Shown here one piece after another: positions 39,170 to 47,909 of a DNA stretch of 64,000 bases (the first letter of the stretch is position 1; every line of letters begins with the position of its first letter). The notes beneath the pieces are model-generated. The model was not told the DNA's origin and ran no database searches. It saw only the letters and a list, made by a program, of their open reading frames with translations. The translations under genes and the position numbers were made by a program. The stretch lies in assembly GCA_002068015.1 (NCBI GenBank), contig MVRV01000039.1:755-64754 (forward strand). The letters are read 5' to 3'. Source of the DNA: Smithella sp. PtaU1.Bin162. Lineage in GTDB: Bacteria > Desulfobacterota > Syntrophia > Syntrophales > Smithellaceae.

Positions 39170-40342
39170 ATGAAAGAATGGCAAAAAATTTTATTAATCG
39201 TGGCAATATTCTTAGGTGCTTACTATATTCCCTGGGAGGCTGCAATTGTACGGCAGTCCGGTCTCGAAGCCTTTATGATGCTGCAGGAATATGCCCGCCA
39301 GCATGTATTGACGTGCCTGATTCCTGCGTTTTTCATTGCCGGGGCTATTACCGTCTTCGTTTCACAGGCTTCGGTTCTTAAATATTTCGGGGCGAAGGCC
39401 AATAAGATTCTGTCCTATTCGGTCGCTTCCGTTTCCGGTTCGGTGCTGGCGGTATGCTCCTGCACAGTGCTGCCTTTATTTGCCGGTATCTACACGCGCG
39501 GTGCGGGAATCGGCCCGGCAACGGCTTTTCTTTATTCCGGCCCGGCCATCAACGTGCTCGCGATAATACTTACAGCCAAAGTGCTGGGCTGGCAATTGGG
39601 AGTTGCCCGTGCAGTCGGTGCGGTGATTTTTGCCGTTGTGACGGGTTTGTTGATGGCCTTTATCTTCCGTAAGGACGATGCCAATCGTCAAACCGGTGAA
39701 ATCTTTCTGCCGGAGGAAGAGAAAACGGTAAGAACGCTGGGGCAGGATGGTCTCTATATGCTGACAATGGTGCTGATTCTTGTTTTTGCATCGTTTGCCC
39801 GGCCTTCTGAAAGTGACGGCGCACTGTGGCGATTTATTTTCAGCGCCAAATGGTATCTGACGGTTTTATTGCTGATAATTTTGGCCGTAATGCTCAAAAA
39901 ATGGTTTGTGAAAGAAGAACTTCGTTTCTGGATGGAAGCCACCTGGACTTTTTCCAAACAAATTCTGCCGCTTTTGTTCGGTGGCGTACTGGTTGCAGGA
40001 TTTCTTCTGGGGCGGCCCGGCTATCCGGCACTGATTCCGGAGACCGCTATTCAAACTCTCGTCGGGGGAAATTCGCTTGGGGCTAATTTCTTTGCTTCCA
40101 TCGTTGGTGCGCTCATGTATTTTGCCACGCTCACCGAAGTTCCGATTCTTCAGGGTTTAATTGGTTCCGGAATGGGGCAGGGGCCGGCCTTGGCGCTGCT
40201 TCTGGCCGGTCCGGCTCTATCGTTGCCCAATATGATTGCGATTGCCGGTATCATGGGCATCAAGAAAACAGTTGTTTACTGTACTATCGTGGTGATCCTT
40301 TCGACGATTTCCGGTATGATTTACGGCTGGTTAATGGGGTAG
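39170..40342 (+). CDS. ArsP-like/UPF0718 (PF03773-type) permease, second copy
   Basis: 390 aa and polytopic. AVCSCTVLP motif at the position equivalent to the CSC of the 30423 permease. No Cys-rich loop. Confidence 0.8.
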   Translation: MKEWQKILLIVAIFLGAYYIPWEAAIVRQSGLEAFMMLQEYARQHVLTCLIPAFFIAGAITVFVSQASVLKYFGAKANKILSYSVASVSGSVLAVCSCTVLPLFAGIYTRGAGIGPATAFLYSGPAINVLAIILTAKVLGWQLGVARAVGAVIFAVVTGLLMAFIFRKDDANRQTGEIFLPEEEKTVRTLGQDGLYMLTMVLILVFASFARPSESDGALWRFIFSAKWYLTVLLLIILAVMLKKWFVKEELRFWMEATWTFSKQILPLLFGGVLVAGFLLGRPGYPALIPETAIQTLVGGNSLGANFFASIVGALMYFATLTEVPILQGLIGSGMGQGPALALLLAGPALSLPNMIAIAGIMGIKKTVVYCTIVVILSTISGMIYGWLMG

Positions 40343-40401
40343 ATTTGGGTGCCGGCAAAAAACTTCGTTTTGAATTTACGTCGGAACCTTTACTTCTAAT
40401 G

Positions 40402-40574
40402 CTTGGGTAATCATGTAAAAAATGATTATACCAAGTCGTATTCAAACGCTAACTTTGTTGGCAACATTGTCGGCTCATTGCCCGGCGCATGCAGGGTCCT
40501 CAACGTATGTATAATACGCCTCGTCGCCTCCGCCTTGCCGCCGCGTTATCATTTTGAATGCAACTTGGTATAAT
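40402..40574. repeat. Nested inverted repeats (MITE-like element or enhancer sites)
   Basis: attataccaagtcgtattcaaa (40425-40446) is the reverse complement, at 20/22 positions, of tttgaatgcaacttggtataat (40553-40574). There is an additional local dyad: cttgggtaatcat (40402-40414) with atgattataccaag (40422-40435). Confidence 0.6.
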
Positions 40575-40728
40575 TCCGTGGAACCCTTATTTTCTGGATA
40601 TAAAGGAATCAACTGAATACCAGAAATGAATACAAAGTATCCAGTCCAGTTTCATAGACCATCTGTAATTTTATTGATCTTTTAAAATTCTCATATTATT
40701 ACAGTACCTTAACTCATTAAGACGATGT

Positions 40729-40743
40729 TGGCACGAGCTTTGC
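40729..40743 (+). promoter_or_regulatory. Sigma54 (-24/-12) promoter
   Basis: TGGCAC-GAGCT-TTGC matches the TGGCAC-N5-TTGC consensus exactly. It lies about 55 nt upstream of the ATG at 40797. Confidence 0.75.
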
Positions 40744-40796
40744 TGTATCACATGTTAACTTTAAAAAATAAAAAAACTCTGGAAGGGAGACTAATT

Positions 40797-41306
40797 ATGA
40801 AAAAGTTAACATTAGCAGTTATGGCCATTGCACTTGGTGTGCTCTTAACACAACCGGCTTTTGCCGCTTTCGGTAAAGCCAGAGGTCAGGGAAACGGACA
40901 GGGGTATTCTCAGAATGCTGCCTGTGACAGATTGAATCTTTCTGCTGAGCAGAAAACAAAAATAGAAGCATTGCGGACTGCTCATGATAAAGAACTAAGA
41001 CCGGTGAGAGAAAAGATGTTTGACAAGTCGGTCGAACTGCGCAGATTGTGGAGGCAGGCCAATCCGGATAAGGATAAAATCACTGCCGTCCAAAAAGAAT
41101 TGAACAGCCTGCGCAGTGAAAAACAAAATAAAGTTACGGCCAAACGCCTGGAAATCCGTAACGTGCTTACACCTGAACAGAAGGAAAAGCTGGCTACTTT
41201 CGGCGGAGGCAGAGGAGATGGTTTTGGCCAGGGTCGTGGAATGCAGGGCCAGCGTGGTGGTATGAGAGGCCAGGGCGGCGGTTTCGGAATGGGAATTTGC
41301 CGGTAA
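40797..41306 (+). CDS. Periplasmic Spy/CpxP/ZraP-family protein (LTxxQ repeats, Gly/Gln/Arg-rich tail)
   Basis: Signal peptide MKKLTLAVMAIALGVLLTQPAFA. LSAEQKTKIEAL and LTPEQKEKLA motifs. GGAAGGGAG Shine-Dalgarno sequence. Confidence 0.75.
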   Translation: MKKLTLAVMAIALGVLLTQPAFAAFGKARGQGNGQGYSQNAACDRLNLSAEQKTKIEALRTAHDKELRPVREKMFDKSVELRRLWRQANPDKDKITAVQKELNSLRSEKQNKVTAKRLEIRNVLTPEQKEKLATFGGGRGDGFGQGRGMQGQRGGMRGQGGGFGMGICR

Positions 41307-41330
41307 ATATATCTTTACCTCCTTTTTGAC

Positions 41331-41364
41331 GGGGGAAGCATTAGTCAGGCTTCCCCCTTTTTTT
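41331..41364 (+). terminator. Rho-independent terminator
   Basis: gggggaagc (41331-41339) pairs with gcttccccc (41349-41357), followed by T7. Confidence 0.85.
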
Positions 41365-41478
41365 AATTTCATCGACAAACTAACAATTTACATTTAAAAT
41401 AATTCGAAAAGAGATGTTGCCGGTTCATTTTTAGCAGGTGGATTTATTATTGAGAAATTTTTATCGGGAGGTTGAAAT

Positions 41479-42180
41479 ATGGCTTTGATTAAAGCAAAAA
41501 ACATCAGCAAGGATTACCAAACGGAAGATGTGGTGGTTCACGCTCTTCAGGAGGTGAACTTTGAAATAGAACCCGCCTCCTTCGTTTCATTTGTCGGGCC
41601 TTCAGGAAGCGGCAAGACGACTATTCTCAACATCATCGGTTGCCTGGACAAACCGTCGGCGGGAGAGTTGATGGTTGCCGATACGGAAGTCGCGTTGCTG
41701 GGCAGAAAAGAAAGCGCCTCCTTCCGGGGGAAGCATCTTGGTTTTATCTTTCAGGATTTCAATCTTATTCCCGTGTTGACGGTTTATGAAAATATCGAGT
41801 ATCCGCTCATTATGGTCCAAAACATTGAGCCTGCCGAACGCAGGGAAAGAATTTCCAGAATGCTGGTATCCGTGGGTATGAAGGACCAGGGAGATAAATA
41901 CCCTCAACAAATTTCAGGAGGGCAGAAGCAGCGGGTGGCGGTAGCGCGGGCGCTGGTAACACATCCGGCGCTTGTACTGGCCGATGAACCGACGGCCAAT
42001 CTGGATTCCCAAACTGCCTACGCGGTTATCGGACTCATGAAAAAAATGCGTGATGATTTCGGTACGACGTTTATCTTTTCTACTCACGATACCAAAATCG
42101 TTGGTGAGGCGGAAGTAATCTTTCGTTTGGAAGACGGCAAATTGAAAGCAAAGGAAATAAAAGGAGGTATAAAGCAATGA
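41479..42180 (+). CDS. ABC transporter ATP-binding protein (LolD/MacB-type)
   Basis: Walker A GPSGSGKTT, signature SGGQKQRVAVARAL and Walker B LVLADEPT. Confidence 0.92.
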   Translation: MALIKAKNISKDYQTEDVVVHALQEVNFEIEPASFVSFVGPSGSGKTTILNIIGCLDKPSAGELMVADTEVALLGRKESASFRGKHLGFIFQDFNLIPVLTVYENIEYPLIMVQNIEPAERRERISRMLVSVGMKDQGDKYPQQISGGQKQRVAVARALVTHPALVLADEPTANLDSQTAYAVIGLMKKMRDDFGTTFIFSTHDTKIVGEAEVIFRLEDGKLKAKEIKGGIKQ

Positions 42181-43412
42181 AAAATATTTTTAAAATTGCC
42201 GTCCGCAATCTTATCCGTTATAAAAGAAGAACATTGCTTACGGCATCACTCATTACCATCGGCGTTGTTTTTGTTCTGGTCTTTGTTTCCGTAACCGGTT
42301 CGTTTAAGTCAATAATGATCGGCGAGGTCACTGATTCCATGCTGGGACATCTACAGGTGCATCGTAAAGGATACGTTGCTTCCATTGACAGTCTTCCCCT
42401 GAATCTGAATATGAAACCCAAGGCCTATGCAAAAATGGCTGAAACGCTGAAATCGTCACCGGATGTGGAAGCCTTTTCCCCCCGCCTTAAATTCGGCGGT
42501 ATGTTCAGCAACTTCACCGAGACGACCAGCATTCGTATCAACGGTATCTATCCCGACCGGGAGTTTCAAACTGTTCCCCTTCTGACATCGCGCATATCAG
42601 AAGGCAAAAAAACCATCAGCCGCGGTGAAATAATGATTCCGCTGCTTCTGGCACGTGGTTTGAAAATAAAAATCGGCGATGCGGTTGTTGTTGTGGCAAC
42701 GAATGTTGATGGATCAGTAAACGGCAAGCAGTTTATTGTTTCGGGCATTCTGGAGAGCGCCACCGGACCCGGCGGACGTGACGGATATGTTCACATCGAA
42801 GATGCTGCCGAAGTACTGCGTATGACCGAGCTGGAAGTAAGTGAAGTGGCTGTTCGCCTGAAAGATTTCAATCATCTGCATCCGGTAATGCAGCAGTTGG
42901 AGGGTAAAATTGCCGCCGAGCTAAACAAAGAGGGAAAGCCTTTATTCGAAGTGCATTCCTGGGAACAGCTTTCTCCCTTCTTCAATATCGCCAAAATGAT
43001 TGATGTAATGACTTTTTTCATCAAGATAATGCTTATCGCCATTGTTCTTATCAGTATTATGAATGTGATGATTATGGCGGTATTCGAACGTATTCGCGAA
43101 ATCGGTACGATTGCTGCGATCGGAACACTGCCCGGCAAAATACGTTCCATGTTCATAATTGAAGGATTATGTCTGGGGGTCGTGGGTACTGTGATTGGTG
43201 ACATTATCGGTGGAATCATTATCCTGATCATCAATCTAACCGGCATCCGTTACAATTTCGGTCGTCAGGAACTACTGCTCCATGCCGATATTCTTCCCGC
43301 TGATGTGTTGACGATCTCTATCATTGTCATTATTGTTGCCGTAGCGGCCAGTCTGCAGCCGGCGATCAAGGCATCCAAAATGGAACCGATCGAAGCTTTG
43401 CGTCATGTTTAA
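42177..43412 (+). CDS. ABC transporter permease, FtsX/LolCE-like
   Basis: 411 aa. One TM helix, a large periplasmic domain, then 3 TM helices with an FtsX-type C-terminus (KMEPIEALR). Confidence 0.88.
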   Translation: MKNIFKIAVRNLIRYKRRTLLTASLITIGVVFVLVFVSVTGSFKSIMIGEVTDSMLGHLQVHRKGYVASIDSLPLNLNMKPKAYAKMAETLKSSPDVEAFSPRLKFGGMFSNFTETTSIRINGIYPDREFQTVPLLTSRISEGKKTISRGEIMIPLLLARGLKIKIGDAVVVVATNVDGSVNGKQFIVSGILESATGPGGRDGYVHIEDAAEVLRMTELEVSEVAVRLKDFNHLHPVMQQLEGKIAAELNKEGKPLFEVHSWEQLSPFFNIAKMIDVMTFFIKIMLIAIVLISIMNVMIMAVFERIREIGTIAAIGTLPGKIRSMFIIEGLCLGVVGTVIGDIIGGIIILIINLTGIRYNFGRQELLLHADILPADVLTISIIVIIVAVAASLQPAIKASKMEPIEALRHV

Positions 43413-43429
43413 GCCTAAAGGAGAATAAT

Positions 43430-44161
43430 ATGATTAAAAAAATATTGCTGATTTGTCTGTTGATTGTATCCATGTCCTCTCCCGTCTTTGCCGTGGACGG
43501 TAAGGCACTCTTGGAACAGGTGGACAGAAACCTTTCACCAGAATCGTACGAATCCTATCGAAAGCTCATCAATATCGAACCATCCGGTGCGAAAAAAGAA
43601 TTCACTCTTTTCACCGTTAAAAAGGGCGTGGATAAAGTTGCCTCACTGTTTATTGCTCCGGCCAGCGAAAAAGGCAGAAGTACGCTTAGACTTGGCGACA
43701 ACATGTGGCTCAATATTCCCAATGTCGGTAAACCCATTCGCATTACCAGCCTTCAGTCCGTTGTGGGCGGCGTCTTTAACAATGCCGATATTATGCAGCT
43801 CGACTATGCGGTGGAATACGATGTGGAGAAAATTGAAGAAGGTGCCGAATATCTTCTTTATCTGAAGGCGAAGACGAAAAGCGTAGCATATGACCGACTG
43901 AAAATATGGGTGAACAAGGATAAAAAGCTGCCGACCAGGATCGAGTGTTTAACGGAAGCCAATATGTTGATTAAAACACTTTATTTCAAGGACACTAAGG
44001 ATTTCGGAGGAGGAATAGTGCGGCCGGCGGTCATTGAAACGGACAGTCCGCTCTACAAGGGGTATAAATCCGTTATCATAATGGCCGGTGTGAAGAAACG
44101 CACCTTCAAAGATGAGGTTTTTACCCTGACATTTCTGCCCAACCTGGAGTCCTTGCGATAG
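43430..44161 (+). CDS. LolA-like outer-membrane lipoprotein-sorting protein family
   Basis: Signal peptide. The sequence pattern (..MWLNIPNVGKPIRIT..., ..LKIWVNKD..LP) fits LolA_like-domain proteins that accompany FtsX ABC systems. Confidence 0.6.
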   Translation: MIKKILLICLLIVSMSSPVFAVDGKALLEQVDRNLSPESYESYRKLINIEPSGAKKEFTLFTVKKGVDKVASLFIAPASEKGRSTLRLGDNMWLNIPNVGKPIRITSLQSVVGGVFNNADIMQLDYAVEYDVEKIEEGAEYLLYLKAKTKSVAYDRLKIWVNKDKKLPTRIECLTEANMLIKTLYFKDTKDFGGGIVRPAVIETDSPLYKGYKSVIIMAGVKKRTFKDEVFTLTFLPNLESLR

Positions 44162-45463
44162 ATGAAAAGCCTGGGGTGTATTTTTCTTATTTTATCGCTT
44201 TTGATGACGCCGTTATCGCTTTTAGCGGAAGAAGAGTACACATTTGATTTATCCGAAACCGAAAAAAAGCCGTATCATTTTGCGGGCTATATAGAGGCGA
44301 AGCCGCTTCTTTTCGGATTGGATCGGGACTCCGCTCTTTATAAGTTGCGTTATTTCGATAATCCTCAGGGACAAACTCAGCTGGAAGGCAACGGGCGGGT
44401 GCAACTGGAAGGAAGTTTTGAAAAAAATATCTTTCGGGTTTATGCAAAAACTAATACTGATTTGCAGTCTTCTTACTCGGGAGAATCGGAAAGGTCGACA
44501 TTTTACGAAATATATGCCTCGGCAAAACCAACGACCAGCTGGAAATTTGATGTCGGAAAGAAAACCATGAAATGGGGGAAGGGCTACGCCTGGAATCCCG
44601 TCGCCTTCATTGACCGGCCCAAGGATCCCGATGATCCGGAGCAGGCCATGGAAGGCTATGTTCTGGCTACCGCCGATTACATTAAAAGCTTTGACGGGCC
44701 GCTTACGACTTTCTCCTTTACGCCCGTACTCTTTCCCGTTTACGATCATATCAATGATTCCTTCGGTAATAATTACAATCTCAATCTGGCGGGCAGGTTT
44801 TATTTCCTTTTGTACGACACGGATATTGATCTTCTCTTTATGACCGGGGGCAGCAAACCAGACCGCTACGGTATGGATTTTTCCCGCAACATCACTACTA
44901 ATTTTGAAGTTCACGGAGAAATTGCGTACTTCCGAAATTCTCGGAAAAATGTAGTTGATGCAACAGGCAACCGCTATACGGTGGAAGGCGAATCAGTGAG
45001 CAGTGTTATCGGCATTCGCCACCTGACTTCATTTGACCTGACGACTATTATTGAATACTACCACAACGGATTGGGATTCAGCGGCGATGAAATGAAAAAC
45101 TATTACGGCTTGATTAACCGGGGTTATGATTCCTATAAATCGACAGGCAATACAAATACTCTTATTCAGGCACAGCAACTGGCGGAATCAGGTTATGTCC
45201 GAGCCAACTCCATGAAAAATTATCTTTATGCGCGTTTCAGCCAGAAGGAGCCATTGGATATCTTATATTTGACTACTTCGCTAACCGGGATGATGAATAT
45301 TGACGATCAGAGCTGGTCTTTAACGCCGGAACTTCTTTATACAGGTTTTACAAATTGGGAATTTCGTCTCCGCAGCGGTATTATCGTCGGCAGAAGAAAT
45401 TCAGAATTCGGTGAGAAGCAGAATGATTACCGTATTGAGCTGCGAATCGGATATTACTTCTAA
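44162..45463 (+). CDS. Putative outer-membrane beta-barrel protein
   Basis: Signal peptide. Alternating-hydrophobicity segments. C-terminal aromatic residue (..RIGYYF) typical of OMPs. Confidence 0.5.
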   Translation: MKSLGCIFLILSLLMTPLSLLAEEEYTFDLSETEKKPYHFAGYIEAKPLLFGLDRDSALYKLRYFDNPQGQTQLEGNGRVQLEGSFEKNIFRVYAKTNTDLQSSYSGESERSTFYEIYASAKPTTSWKFDVGKKTMKWGKGYAWNPVAFIDRPKDPDDPEQAMEGYVLATADYIKSFDGPLTTFSFTPVLFPVYDHINDSFGNNYNLNLAGRFYFLLYDTDIDLLFMTGGSKPDRYGMDFSRNITTNFEVHGEIAYFRNSRKNVVDATGNRYTVEGESVSSVIGIRHLTSFDLTTIIEYYHNGLGFSGDEMKNYYGLINRGYDSYKSTGNTNTLIQAQQLAESGYVRANSMKNYLYARFSQKEPLDILYLTTSLTGMMNIDDQSWSLTPELLYTGFTNWEFRLRSGIIVGRRNSEFGEKQNDYRIELRIGYYF

Positions 45464-45613
45464 ATAAGCGATGTTTTTACTGAATTTTTGGAAAATCAAA
45501 AACAGAAAACATTGTTTCGGAAATTTTGGTTTCCCTCCCGCGTCTCCAAATAAATTGCATCTTGTTACTTCGTAATTATATTAACCGCAAATAAAGTTAT
45601 CAGAGGAGACATT

Positions 45614-46207
45614 ATGAAAACATTACCGATAATTACCATAGCTATAATAACTATCATATTTGGTCAGATTTCCGGTGGAATTGCCCAGCCGGAGAAAAGC
45701 CTCATAAAAGAAAAAAAGGAGATAAAGATGAAAAAGAATAATTCGGTCAGTGCTGCAGTGGCTCAATCCGGCACTTGCGACTGGAAGAGTTTTAAAAAAC
45801 CGGACGACGCTGATTTAAAGAAAAAACTATCACCCTTGCAGTATGAGGTAACGCAGCAGGAAGGTACGGAATGGCCTCATGCGAATAAATATGACAAAAA
45901 TTACCGGGAAGGTATTTATGTGGATATCGTTTCCGGGGAACCGCTTTTCAGTTCCCGGGACAAATACGATTCGGGAACAGGCTGGCCGAGTTTTTTCCGT
46001 CCTCTGGAACCGGGTAACGTCGTAGAAAATTCGCTTACCCGGGAAGTCAGAAGCAAATATGCCGACTCCCATTTGGGTCATGTATTTAATGACGGACCGC
46101 AGCCTACCGGATTGCGTTATTGCATGAATTCGGCAGCTCTGCGCTTTATTCCCAGGGAAGACCTGGAAAAGGAAGGATACGGGAAATACAGGAAATTGTT
46201 TGAATAG
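45614..46207 (+). CDS. msrB: Peptide-methionine (R)-S-oxide reductase MsrB with an N-terminal export/anchor segment
   Basis: [17 protein letters not shown] and RYCMNSAAL motifs. Confidence 0.9.
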   Translation: MKTLPIITIAIITIIFGQISGGIAQPEKSLIKEKKEIKMKKNNSVSAAVAQSGTCDWKSFKKPDDADLKKKLSPLQYEVTQQEGTEWPHANKYDKNYREGIYVDIVSGEPLFSSRDKYDSGTGWPSFFRPLEPGNVVENSLTREVRSKYADSHLGHVFNDGPQPTGLRYCMNSAALRFIPREDLEKEGYGKYRKLFE

Positions 46208-46324
46208 GAAATCAATTGCCTTGACTTAAGCATGCAACCGCTTATACTGACAGCAGTAGAAAAAATGTAATTTTTACAGACAACTGAATAACCGACCCTG
46301 TAAGTAAGATCGTAAGGAAATTGA

Positions 46325-46804
46325 ATGAATACTCAATCCGTACAAAAAACACTGGACGTTATGGCCGGCCTGGAACAACTCGAAAAAGCGATTGCCGGAT
46401 TATATGAACTTGCCGCAAAGAAATGGCCGGTTGATGCCGAATTATGGCGCAATATGGCCGGAGAGGAAATAAAGCATGCGGAATACATAAAATCACTGAC
46501 GGATATTTTGATAAAAAAACCTGCCGCTTTTGAAGTTGGTAGAGTGGTAAATATTGATGCAGTGAAATCAGCTCTTGACTGGATTAATAAAAACGTCGCC
46601 GAAATAGAAGAAGGAACGTTTAGTGATAAAAAGATGTTGTTCTTGGCACGTGACCTTGAACAGTCGATACTGGAATCTAAATATTCGGATATCCTTAAAA
46701 CGGAAAACCTGGAATATAATAAAATCGCAAAACAAATTGTCAGAGAAACCTTCGCTCATAAAAAAATGATTGATGAGGCTATCAGCAAACTTCCCAAAGG
46801 ATAG
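46325..46804 (+). CDS. Ferritin-like/rubrerythrin-like diiron-fold protein (hypothetical)
   Basis: Two ExxH motifs (EEIKH, ETFAH) spaced as in four-helix-bundle diiron proteins. Confidence 0.45.
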   Translation: MNTQSVQKTLDVMAGLEQLEKAIAGLYELAAKKWPVDAELWRNMAGEEIKHAEYIKSLTDILIKKPAAFEVGRVVNIDAVKSALDWINKNVAEIEEGTFSDKKMLFLARDLEQSILESKYSDILKTENLEYNKIAKQIVRETFAHKKMIDEAISKLPKG

Positions 46805-46808
46805 AGTC

Positions 46809-47864
46809 ATGCCGGAAAAAATTACAATTGAGTCGCTGGGTGAAAAAGGTACATTGCTCTCGGAAGTACTGAATACGCTTTTCGATGGTGTTTATATAAC
46901 CGACAGGCGCAGGCGAATTATTTTCTGGAATAAAGGAGCGGAAGAAATCACGGGCTATAGCGCGGAGGAAGTAACGGGTAAATATTGCCGGAATAATATT
47001 CTCAATCATATCGATGAAAACGGAAAATTGCTGTGCCGCAGTGCCTGTCCTCTTCGTTTAACCATAAAAACCGGTAAAGGTGTGAGCGAAAAAGTGTATC
47101 CACTGCATAAATCCGGCCATCGAATTCCTGTAGAAACCCATATTGCACCACTGCGGGATAATAAAGGTAAAATCATTGCCGGTATCGAAATATTCCGTGA
47201 TATATCCGTTGCGGAAAATTACCGCATCCTGCAGGAGAAATTCAATGCGCTGATTAAGAAATATATCTCGTCCACAACCATGGAAAAGATAAGGGAACAG
47301 ATTGAATCGGGCTGCGCCGCTTGCGGCGATTTGAAAGACCTGACCATATTATATCTGGATATTGCTGGTTTTACCCCCTTTTCCGAGACGCATTCTCCGG
47401 AAGATATAATGAAAATGCTCAACGAATTTTTTGGATTGAGTGAAGTTATTACAAAAAAGTATCAGGGAGATATCGATAAATTTATCGGTGACGCCATTAT
47501 GGCCGTTTTTGTCGATGCCAATGATGCGGTTGCGGCAGCCCAGGAAATTTTGCAGACGTTGAAATCTCTCAATGAGCAAAGAGAAGTACAAAAGCGGGAA
47601 CATATGAATATTCGCGTGGGAATAAATTCTGGTAAAGTTGTACAGGGAGAAATAGGGACGCTTTCCCGAAAAGATTTGACGGTTATCGGCGATGTCGTCA
47701 ATACGGCCGCGCGCATCCAGCAGGCGGCGGCTGTTAATAATGTTTGCATTTCTGAAGCGACGTGGAGCCGGATCAGAAATCCTGAACGCTTCGAGTTGGA
47801 CAAGGTGATGGCTCTCAAGGGGAAAAAACAAAATATATCTGTTTTTAAATTAAAAAACGGTTGA
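46809..47864 (+). CDS. PAS-domain class III adenylate/guanylate cyclase
   Basis: PAS domain (FDGVYITDRRRRIIFWNKGAEEITGY). Cyclase motifs (LYLDIAGFT, KFIGDAIMAVF, RVGINSG, GDVVNTAARI). Confidence 0.88.
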   Translation: MPEKITIESLGEKGTLLSEVLNTLFDGVYITDRRRRIIFWNKGAEEITGYSAEEVTGKYCRNNILNHIDENGKLLCRSACPLRLTIKTGKGVSEKVYPLHKSGHRIPVETHIAPLRDNKGKIIAGIEIFRDISVAENYRILQEKFNALIKKYISSTTMEKIREQIESGCAACGDLKDLTILYLDIAGFTPFSETHSPEDIMKMLNEFFGLSEVITKKYQGDIDKFIGDAIMAVFVDANDAVAAAQEILQTLKSLNEQREVQKREHMNIRVGINSGKVVQGEIGTLSRKDLTVIGDVVNTAARIQQAAAVNNVCISEATWSRIRNPERFELDKVMALKGKKQNISVFKLKNG

Positions 47865-47909
47865 GTTCAAAGTAATAAGTGCATATTTATCCGCATTGGA
47901 GAAAAAAAC

